Program-made: the position numbers and the translations under genes | Assembly: GCA_944358985.1 (NCBI GenBank) | Contig: CALVSI010000003.1 | Coordinates: forward strand, 41,388-105,387 | Direction of reading: 5' to 3' | Source: an uncultured Bacilli bacterium | Lineage (GTDB): Bacteria > Bacillota_I > Bacilli_A > RFN20 > CAG-826 | DNA: 64,000 bases | The notes under the pieces: model-generated | The model's input: the letters and a program-made list of their open reading frames with translations, nothing else | What the model was told of the DNA's origin: nothing | Database searches by the model: none | In this document: positions 57,346 to 64,000 of the stretch, one piece after another | Position numbering within the stretch: position 1 is the stretch's first letter | Layout of the letters: each line of letters starts with the position of its first letter

Positions 57346-59991
57346 ATGAAATTAAAACTATTACCAATCGCATTACTTGCTGTTGTTAGCCTTGGTTTAG
57401 CAGCTTGTGACAATAATGTTACAAGTTCCACAAGCACAACATCATCACAACAAGTTGTCGTTGAAACGTTTAAAATTTCAAACAAAGATGCCTTAACCGC
57501 AGCATGGGGATTAAATCAAGGCAATCGTCAAATTAATTTTGAAATCGTTCCAGAGACAAACATTAACACAGCAATCAGTTCTGGTGCATTAAAAATTACA
57601 TCCAGCAATACTGAAGTTGCTACAATTGCTAATCGTATGATTATGCCACAAGGTGTTGGTACAGCCACGATTAGTGCTTCTTATGGTGGTTTAACAGATA
57701 GTGTTGATATTACCATAAGCGAAAATGTCACCATGAAATTAAAAGATGTCAGAGCAGGAATTTCTTCTGGTGATATCGCAGAAGGCGATAAAGTTTCATT
57801 TAATGGTAAAATTACCGCGACTATGGCAGAAAGCGACATCGGAGATGGCGTTTATGTTCAAGATGGCGAATATGCATTAATGATTTATGGCGGTGACTTA
57901 GAAAAATTATGGAATGCTGGTGATTTTGAAATTGGTGATACCGTTCACGTTGAAGGTTCATTATCTCCATTTAATGGTTTAAACGAAGTTCAACCAACTA
58001 TTTTTGAAGAAGTTAGTGATACAACTATTGCAGAACCAACTGCTTTAACAATTACCGCTGATAATTTCTCAGCTGGTGCTCTTGCCGGTCAAGATGGACG
58101 TTTATTCGTCGTCGAAGATGCAAAATATGTTGATGGTGAAGTTAATATCGGAAGTCATTCAACAATTAATTTTGCCTTAGCTAACGCTGACGGTGTTGAT
58201 GTTACACTTCCAGTTCGTTTAAATTACCACACCGGTAATGATGAAATGAATATGTTTAAAGGCATTGTCGATGCTTTAGAAAAAGGCGATTTAGTCGATC
58301 TTTATGGTGTTATTAGTTGGTACAACTTACCACAATTATCACCACAATTCTTAGCTGATAAAACTGTCAGTGAAAACATTGTTCCAGTTGAAACTTTAGC
58401 TAATCCATCCGCTGTTACAATTACTGGCGAAGATAGTATTGCAACTGGAAATAGTGTTGTATATAGTGCAAGTGTCACTCCAAGTAATGCTAATCAAGCT
58501 GTTACTTGGACAAGTAGTGATACAAGTGTTGCAACCGTTAATCAATATACTGGTTCTGTTTCACCTCTTAAAGAAGGTAAATTTACTTTAACCGCTACTA
58601 GCCGTATTGATAATGAAGTCAAAGGCACAAAAGAAATTAACGTTATCGTTGATGCTGATGCTCCACAAGTATTAATTAGCGAAGCCGAAGATGGCAAAAC
58701 TTACTTATTTGGTGTCTACCAAGGAAATACTGGTTCAACATTATTTGCTAATGGATCTATAGCTGATGAATACTATTTAGCAACAACAACCGACTATAAT
58801 GAAGCCATTGAATTCACCGCTCATAAGAGTGCTGATGGCAAATGGTCATTTGAAAGTGAAAAAGGTTATTTAGCTTTAACTGCAAAAGATAATGGTGATA
58901 ATGGTGCAAATCCAACTTATAGTACAACTGAATTCTTGTTTGACTATAATTCAACTTATAATACCTATACTGCAGAAGTCGTCGTTCCAGGTCATGAAAG
59001 TGAAGCAAACACTTATTACATTGGAACTTATAAAACTTATACTACTTTAAGTGCTTCCGCTATTTCTTATGCAGGTGGAAGTTTCGTTGGACATCTTTAT
59101 ACTTTTGAAGAACAAGTTATTCCACCACAACCAGAACAACCAACAAAAGTAACTGAATTAACTGCTGGTACTTATAAATTAGGTATGGAAGTTGCTGCTG
59201 ATGATATTAGATATATTACTGGCGAAATGGTTAGTACTTATTACTTTGGCACAATGCCCGATTATAATAAGTCACAAGATGTTACTGTTGCTGCAAGTGG
59301 TGATGGCTGGACATTCCAATTAGATAACGGTAAATATATTGGTGCAGTCGTCGATGGAACTCATACTAACAATGTTTTCCAAGAAACCCCATATGTTTGG
59401 AACTATGATGCCACAAATGGTATTTGGACTGTATTAGAAGAAACAACAGTTTATTTAGGAAACTATGGTAATTACACAACAAGCATTGCTTTAAGAGAAT
59501 CTGTTGATTTCCATTGTTTCTTCTATACTGGTGATGTAGCTTCTGTTGAAGTTCCTGAACCAACATTGGTCACTACTCCTGTTAGTGGTCAATCCTATTT
59601 ATTTGGCCTTTATCAAGAACAAGAAGCAACATATTATTACGCTACTGGTTCAATGGCAGGATACTATATGGGTACAACAAGTGATTACACTCAAGCTAAA
59701 GAAATCATCGTAACTGCTTCTGGTGAAGGCTGGATTCTTCAATTTGAAGGTGGTAAATACATCGGAAGTGCACAAAGTGGTACACATTATAATGTCACTT
59801 TGGTTGACACCGCTGAACAAGCCACAGTTTGGACTTATAATACTCAATATAATTGTTTCCAAGCCCTTATAGGTGATACAGAATGTTGGATGGGCACATA
59901 TGGTCAATATAACACAATCGGCGGTTACACAATGGACAAGATTAGTGAAACCAATCAATATCATGCTCATTTATACACAATGGATGCCTAA
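57346..59991 (+). CDS. 881-aa surface lipoprotein: two Big_2-like Ig domains, tandem OB-like module, three tandem copies of an unassigned ~130-145-aa domain
   Basis: AGGAGG SD. Lipobox is LGLAAC and the tether is DNNVTSSTSTTSSQQ. Big_2-like segments are LKITSSNTEVATIANR..GVGTATISASYGGLTDSVDITI and VTWTSSDTSVATVNQYTGSVSPLKEGKFTLTATS. The OB-like pattern is VSFNGKITATMA..GVYVQDGEYALMIYG..IGDTVHVEGSLSPFNGLNEVQ. Confidence 0.75.
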   Translation: MKLKLLPIALLAVVSLGLAACDNNVTSSTSTTSSQQVVVETFKISNKDALTAAWGLNQGNRQINFEIVPETNINTAISSGALKITSSNTEVATIANRMIMPQGVGTATISASYGGLTDSVDITISENVTMKLKDVRAGISSGDIAEGDKVSFNGKITATMAESDIGDGVYVQDGEYALMIYGGDLEKLWNAGDFEIGDTVHVEGSLSPFNGLNEVQPTIFEEVSDTTIAEPTALTITADNFSAGALAGQDGRLFVVEDAKYVDGEVNIGSHSTINFALANADGVDVTLPVRLNYHTGNDEMNMFKGIVDALEKGDLVDLYGVISWYNLPQLSPQFLADKTVSENIVPVETLANPSAVTITGEDSIATGNSVVYSASVTPSNANQAVTWTSSDTSVATVNQYTGSVSPLKEGKFTLTATSRIDNEVKGTKEINVIVDADAPQVLISEAEDGKTYLFGVYQGNTGSTLFANGSIADEYYLATTTDYNEAIEFTAHKSADGKWSFESEKGYLALTAKDNGDNGANPTYSTTEFLFDYNSTYNTYTAEVVVPGHESEANTYYIGTYKTYTTLSASAISYAGGSFVGHLYTFEEQVIPPQPEQPTKVTELTAGTYKLGMEVAADDIRYITGEMVSTYYFGTMPDYNKSQDVTVAASGDGWTFQLDNGKYIGAVVDGTHTNNVFQETPYVWNYDATNGIWTVLEETTVYLGNYGNYTTSIALRESVDFHCFFYTGDVASVEVPEPTLVTTPVSGQSYLFGLYQEQEATYYYATGSMAGYYMGTTSDYTQAKEIIVTASGEGWILQFEGGKYIGSAQSGTHYNVTLVDTAEQATVWTYNTQYNCFQALIGDTECWMGTYGQYNTIGGYTMDKISETNQYHAHLYTMDA
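58666..59988 (+). repeat. Three tandem protein-domain repeats inside the 57346 lipoprotein gene (aa ~441-588, ~600-730, ~741-881)
   Basis: Columns shared by eye are GKTYLFGVYQ / GTYKLGMEV / GQSYLFGLYQ; YYLATTTDYNEA / YYFGTMPDYNKS / YYMGTTSDYTQA; SADGKWSFESEKGYLA / SGDGWTFQLDNGKYIG / SGEGWILQFEGGKYIG; YYIGTYKTYTT / VYLGNYGNYTT / CWMGTYGQYNT. The repeats end in HLYTFE / FFYTGD / HLYTMD. Confidence 0.7.
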
Positions 59992-60016
59992 TTAAACATA
60001 TAAACCCAAAAAACAC

Positions 60017-60046
60017 AAGTAAGGCTGGGAGACCAGCCTTACTTTT
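60017..60046 (+). terminator. Strong rho-independent terminator ending the 46-60 kb operon
   Basis: AAGTAAGGCTGG (60017-60028) pairs with CCAGCCTTACTT (60033-60044) around a GAGA tetraloop, followed by a T-run. Confidence 0.85.
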
Positions 60047-60108
60047 ATCCCAAAACCCAAAAAAACAATTGTAATAACAAAAAACTTATTTTAAGATATA
60101 TTGACACT

Positions 60109-60184
60109 GGACCGTTAGCTCAGCTGGCAGAGCAACTGACTCTTAATCAGTGGGTCATAGGTTCGATTCCTATACGGTTCACCA
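60109..60184 (+). tRNA. tRNA-Lys, anticodon CUU, with encoded CCA
   Basis: A 76-nt cloverleaf folded by hand. Acceptor GGACCGT pairs with ACGGTTC (one G-U). D arm is GCTC-AGCTGGCA-GAGC. Anticodon arm is ACTGA-CTCTTAA-TCAGT, with CTT at positions 34-36. T arm is ATAGG-TTCGATT-CCTAT. Discriminator is A, followed by CCA. Confidence 0.9.
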
Positions 60185-60196
60185 ATTAAACTATTC

Positions 60197-60225
60197 CCAC
60201 TGATTAAGCGTCAGTGGCTTTTTTT
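60197..60225 (+). terminator. Rho-independent terminator after tRNA-Lys
   Basis: CCACTGA (60197-60203) pairs with TCAGTGG (60211-60217) around a 7-nt loop, followed by a C and then T7. Confidence 0.8.
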
Positions 60226-60628
60226 AGGACTCTTTAGAATTTAAATAATAAAACAAGTCAAACATTATGGAATTTGAAGGGAATTTTATAAAGTAATAAG
60301 ACATATTTTATTCAAGTATAAATTAGTTTTTTGATTCTTTTATCAAGTGGTTTGATTGCGTTGTTAAGAATTAACCTTGTCTTGCCAACTTAATTGTTTA
60401 CCTATCTTTAATTTTTCCTTTTAAACATAATTTATGAATTCTTCTATCTGAGTTTTCCATTTATCACTAGAATGTTTGGTTATCATTAGATATGTGTTAT
60501 TTCTCCATTGAAATAATGTAATGTCAGATATGATTGAAATTTTATATTAACAGTTAAGTATTTTAGTCTAATAATTACAATATTAAATATGTATTCAAAA
60601 TGTAGATTATTTGTTTTAAAATAAATAC

Positions 60629-61072
60629 ATGAAAACACCACACATAAGTATATTAAAAAAATATTTTTCTTGTTTAAAAAGAATGAAGAAAAAATATGTT
60701 ACTAGCGAACTTCTTTCAAAAGAGGTTGGCGTTTATCCTGAAATCATTAACGAAACATTTTCTTATTTTGATCCGATGGTCAATATGGATTATCAATACA
60801 ATTTGATGGATTTATATGATGATTTAGAAAAATTGATTAATGATTTATCCAAAGAAAACGAAAACAAACCTCATAAAAAGTTAGTAACAAAAAAACAATT
60901 AGATCAATATTCATCCATTGGAGATTTCATTTATCAAAAAATGACTATATCTGGAATTATTGATAGAAGTGTTGTTTTAAATGACGCTGATTTGAGAACT
61001 TTAAAAAGATTAATTAATCAAGAACAAGCATTAAGAAAAAACGCTAGTAAGAAAAATAAAATAAAAAGATAA
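60629..61072 (+). CDS. Small protein with a Rex-N-terminal-like winged-helix DNA-binding domain but no Rossmann/NAD(H) domain
   Basis: 147 aa. ILKKYFSCLKRMKK..KYVTSELLSKEVGVYPEIINETFSYFDPMVNMDYQYNLMDLYDDLEKL aligns by eye with Bacillus Rex [52 protein letters not shown] (recalled from memory). The C-terminal half is helical and basic, and unrelated to the Rex dinucleotide-binding fold. Confidence 0.45.
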   Translation: MKTPHISILKKYFSCLKRMKKKYVTSELLSKEVGVYPEIINETFSYFDPMVNMDYQYNLMDLYDDLEKLINDLSKENENKPHKKLVTKKQLDQYSSIGDFIYQKMTISGIIDRSVVLNDADLRTLKRLINQEQALRKNASKKNKIKR

Positions 61073-61146
61073 TTTTTTTATATTATTTCATTTTAGTATA
61101 ATATATACTAATTATTGGTCAATTTAACTATTATTTGGAGGAAAAT

Positions 61147-64000
61147 ATGGAAGTTAAAAAGAATTTTCTAGCCGTCGATGGTAATACCGCTGCTGCATTA
61201 GAAAGTTATAATTATGCAGAAGTTGCGGGTATTTATCCAATTACACCATCATCACCGATGGCTGAATTAGTGGATGTTTATGCTTCGCAAGGTCGTTTAA
61301 ACTTTTTTGGCAGTGTTGTTAAAGTTGTCGAAATGCAATCAGAAGGTGGTGCTTCTGGTGCTGTTCATGGAGCCTTGCAAGGCGGTAGTTTAGCTGTTAC
61401 TTATACAGCCAGCCAAGGTTTGCTATTAATGATACCAAATATTTATAAATGGGTTGGTGAAGAATTGCCTGTTGTCGTTCATGTCTCTGCTCGTTCTTTA
61501 GCGACTCGTGCATTATCAATTTTTGGTGATCATCAAGATATTTACGCTGTTAGACAAACAGGTGCTGTTATGTTGTGCTCACATTCTGTTCAAGAAATTG
61601 CTGATTTAGCTAATGTTGCACATTTAATCGCTATTGATGGTGAAGTTCCTGTTATCCATTTCTTTGATGGTTTTAGAACATCACATGAAATTCAAAATGT
61701 TGAATTTGTAGATGATGCTGAATGGAAAAAACTTCTCCCAATGGATAAGGTAGAAAAATTTAGATCAAGAGCTTTAAATCCTCACACCCATCCTGTTACT
61801 CGTGGTGGAGCGGAAAATGATGACATTTATTTCCAAGGTCGTGAAGCTCAAAATCAACATTATGAAAAAGTGGTGGATGTCGCATGCAAATATTTTGATG
61901 AAGCTAGTAAATTAACTGGTAGACATTATGCACCTTTTACATATTATGGCAGCAAAGATGCTGAATATGTTATTGTTGCAATGGGAAGTGTTACCGAAAC
62001 CATTTTAGAAGTTATTGATGAATTAAAAGATTCTAAACTAGGATTAGTTAAAGTTCATCTTTATCGTCCTTTCTCAATGAAACATTTCTTATCTGTTTTG
62101 CCAAAAACAGTTAAAAGAATTGCTGTTTTAGATAGAACAAAAGAAGTAGGTGCTTCTGGTGAACCATTATATTTAGATGTTGTTTCTTGCTTAAATAGAA
62201 GTGGTTTGAACAATGTTGAAGTTTTTGGTGGCCGTTATGGTTTGTCTAGTAAAGACACTCAACCAAAAGATATGAAAGCCGTTTTTGATTTCTTAAGAAG
62301 TGAAAAACCATGGCATGATTTTACAGTAGGAATTAATGATGATGTTACACATAAATCGATTCCTGTCGATGATAATTTCCACGTTAAAGCCGATTATACT
62401 TCTTGCTTATTTTATGGTTTAGGTAGTGATGGTACAGTTTCTGCGAATAAGTCATCAATTAAAATTATTAGTGAAGCTACCCATCAATACGCTCAAGCAT
62501 ATTTTGCTTATGACTCTAGAAAAGCTGGTGGTGTTACACGTAGTCACTTAAGATTTGGTAAATCTCCAATCCATTCGACATATTATGTTAGTAACGCTGA
62601 CTTTATTAGCTGTTCATTAGACACCTATATTTTTAAATTTGATATGTTAAAGAATTTAAAAGAAGGCGGAACATTCTTATTAAATACCGATATGGATGAT
62701 GAAACATTGATCAAATCAATGCCAAATCGTATGAAATATTATTTAGCAAAAAAACATGCAAAAATGTATGTTATTGATGCTAATAAGATTGCAGGTGAAA
62801 TTGGTATGGGCCGTCATACTAACACAACTTTGCAGGCTAGTTTTTTCTACTTAAATCCAAGCATTATGCCTTATGAACAAGCACAAGATTTGATGAAAGT
62901 TTATGCCAAAAAATCTTATGCTAAAAAAGGTGAAGATGTTGTCTTAATGAATTATAAAGCAATCGATGCAGGTGCTGAAGGTTTAAGAGAAATCAAAGTC
63001 GATCCAAAATGGGCTGAATTAAAACCTGTCATGGAAAGAAAATTAACTGGTGACGAATATTTTGATTCTTATGTTTCTTTAATTGGTGATTTGGATGGGG
63101 ATAATTTACCAGTTAGTAAATTCAAAGAATTCGAATTAGAAGATGGAACAATGGAAAACAATATTACTTTCAAAGAAAAACGTAGTATTGCTGATCGCGT
63201 ACCTCTTTGGCATAAAGAAGATTGTATTCAATGTAATCAATGTGCCTTTGTTTGTCCACATGCGACAATTAGACCATTCATGCTTGATGAAAAAGAATTG
63301 GAAAACGCTCCTGACATTGTTAAAAATGATGTTACAGATGTTAAGGGTGGACCAAATGTTAAAGGCTTAAAATTTAAAATTCAAGTTTCAACTCAAAATT
63401 GTGTTGGCTGTGGATTGTGTGTTATTGAATGTTTAGGAAATAAAATTCCTGGTAAAAAAGCTCTTGAACTTGTTGAAGCTAAATCACAATTTGCTCAAGA
63501 AGAAGGTGCTGATTACTTATTCAAACACGTCACATACAAGTCAGATAAGTTCCCACTTACAACTACTAAAGGCGTTGGATTCTTAATGCCATATATGGAA
63601 GTTAGTGGTGCGTGTGCTGGTTGTGGCGAAACCCCATATTATCGTTTAGTTTCACAATTATTCGGTAAGGATATGTTAGTGGCTAACGCTACTGGATGTT
63701 CTTCAATTTATTCTGGTTCAACTCCATTAACACCATTCTGTACTGATAAAGATGGTAATGGTATTGCTTGGGCTAACTCATTATTTGAAGATAATGCTGA
63801 ATTTGGTTATGGTATGAGAATTGCCACTGACCATAAATTACATAAAATTGTTACGATTTTAGAAAACGCTAAAGAAGCAGACGATGTATCTAAAGAATTA
63901 AAAGATGTTATTGATAATTATCTTGCTAATATTAAAAATAGAGACGTTTCTAGAAACATTGTTAAAGATTTAGTAAGATTAGTCAAAGAAAGCAAAAACG
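61147..64000 (+). CDS. nifJ: Pyruvate:ferredoxin (flavodoxin) oxidoreductase, N-terminal ~951 codons (3' end beyond the window)
   Basis: Absent from the ORF track because it is open at the window end. Hand translation from ATG 61147 (GGAGG SD) gives MEVKKNFLAVDGNTAAALESYNYAEVAGIYPITPSSPMAE... The ferredoxin domain EDCIQCNQCAFVCPHATIRPF lies at about 63220, with a second CVGCGLCVIEC cluster. The TPP-domain motif GACAGCGETPY lies at about 63610. Confidence 0.93.
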   Translation, partial: MEVKKNFLAVDGNTAAALESYNYAEVAGIYPITPSSPMAELVDVYASQGRLNFFGSVVKVVEMQSEGGASGAVHGALQGGSLAVTYTASQGLLLMIPNIYKWVGEELPVVVHVSARSLATRALSIFGDHQDIYAVRQTGAVMLCSHSVQEIADLANVAHLIAIDGEVPVIHFFDGFRTSHEIQNVEFVDDAEWKKLLPMDKVEKFRSRALNPHTHPVTRGGAENDDIYFQGREAQNQHYEKVVDVACKYFDEASKLTGRHYAPFTYYGSKDAEYVIVAMGSVTETILEVIDELKDSKLGLVKVHLYRPFSMKHFLSVLPKTVKRIAVLDRTKEVGASGEPLYLDVVSCLNRSGLNNVEVFGGRYGLSSKDTQPKDMKAVFDFLRSEKPWHDFTVGINDDVTHKSIPVDDNFHVKADYTSCLFYGLGSDGTVSANKSSIKIISEATHQYAQAYFAYDSRKAGGVTRSHLRFGKSPIHSTYYVSNADFISCSLDTYIFKFDMLKNLKEGGTFLLNTDMDDETLIKSMPNRMKYYLAKKHAKMYVIDANKIAGEIGMGRHTNTTLQASFFYLNPSIMPYEQAQDLMKVYAKKSYAKKGEDVVLMNYKAIDAGAEGLREIKVDPKWAELKPVMERKLTGDEYFDSYVSLIGDLDGDNLPVSKFKEFELEDGTMENNITFKEKRSIADRVPLWHKEDCIQCNQCAFVCPHATIRPFMLDEKELENAPDIVKNDVTDVKGGPNVKGLKFKIQVSTQNCVGCGLCVIECLGNKIPGKKALELVEAKSQFAQEEGADYLFKHVTYKSDKFPLTTTKGVGFLMPYMEVSGACAGCGETPYYRLVSQLFGKDMLVANATGCSSIYSGSTPLTPFCTDKDGNGIAWANSLFEDNAEFGYGMRIATDHKLHKIVTILENAKEADDVSKELKDVIDNYLANIKNRDVSRNIVKDLVRLVKESKN

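Noticed and set aside
60185-60628. Genomic island or prophage integration at tRNA-Lys
   Set aside because: About 400 bp of AT-rich non-coding DNA with stops in all frames follows the tRNA. I found no integrase gene, no direct repeat of the tRNA 3' end (e.g. TTCGATTCCTATACGGTTCACCA) downstream in the window, and no mobile-element genes. At most this is a decayed remnant.
63143-63370. 75-aa plus-strand ORF near the window end
   Set aside because: It is out of frame with the PFOR gene that covers 61147-64000. The PFOR frame here encodes the conserved 4Fe-4S ferredoxin domain (CIQCNQCAFVCPH).
1-64000. CRISPR arrays, rRNA genes, transposases, integrases, toxin-antitoxin pairs and known defence-system signatures; also UGA-as-Trp recoding
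   Set aside because: - No regularly spaced direct repeats and no rRNA-like GC-rich blocks were seen.
- No DDE, serine or tyrosine recombinase motifs appear in any ORF.
- I recognised no nuclease/ATPase pairs typical of defence islands.
- All conserved genes are intact under the standard code, and TGA terminates at least one well-defined gene (44962-44964), so genetic code 4 is not supported.

Overview
This is an AT-rich chromosomal segment; hand counts on sample lines give about 25-37% G+C. It comes from a low-GC Gram-positive or Mollicute-like bacterium. All long ORFs read cleanly with the standard code: TGA acts as a stop (e.g. 44962-44964) and Trp is TGG. That points to an Acholeplasma-like organism or a related Bacillota lineage rather than Mycoplasma or Spiroplasma. 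The taxon cannot be fixed from this window. Desulfoferrodoxin, pyruvate:ferredoxin oxidoreductase and a Rex-like protein suggest an anaerobic or microaerotolerant lifestyle.

The housekeeping backbone is clpB (with a CIRCE operator), cobB/Sir2, dfx, smpB, folC-folT, an EF-G paralog, mntP, rpmG-secE-nusG, rplK-rplA-rplJ-rplL, a ybxB-like methyltransferase, rpoB-rpoC, rpsL-rpsG-fusA-tuf, a ZIP metal transporter, tRNA-Lys(CUU) and nifJ/PFOR (3' end outside the window).

Accessory blocks are wedged into this conserved backbone:
- Four paralogous lipoproteins plus ktrBA lie between nusG and rplK.
- Two M6/InhA-like metalloprotease lipoproteins lie between rpoC and rpsL.
- A ZIP plus two RDD-protein operon follows tuf.
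- A roughly 14-kb single-strand operon spans 46059-60046.

That operon is the most interesting part of the window. It encodes a BspA-type LRR membrane protein and a MalK/UgpC-type ABC ATPase carrying an insertion of about 276 aa. It also encodes two permeases, two substrate-binding lipoproteins and a staphylococcal-nuclease-type lipoprotein. It ends with a zinc-ribbon membrane protein and an 881-aa lipoprotein with tandem OB-like domains. I read it as a candidate surface system for nucleic-acid capture, degradation and import. It looks like an expanded relative of the nuclease-plus-ABC loci of mycoplasmas, whose substrate is unresolved as far as I recall.

Ten lipobox proteins occur in the window, most with Ser/Thr-rich tethers after the lipid-modified Cys. 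I saw no CRISPR array, rRNA, transposase, integrase or recognisable defence system.
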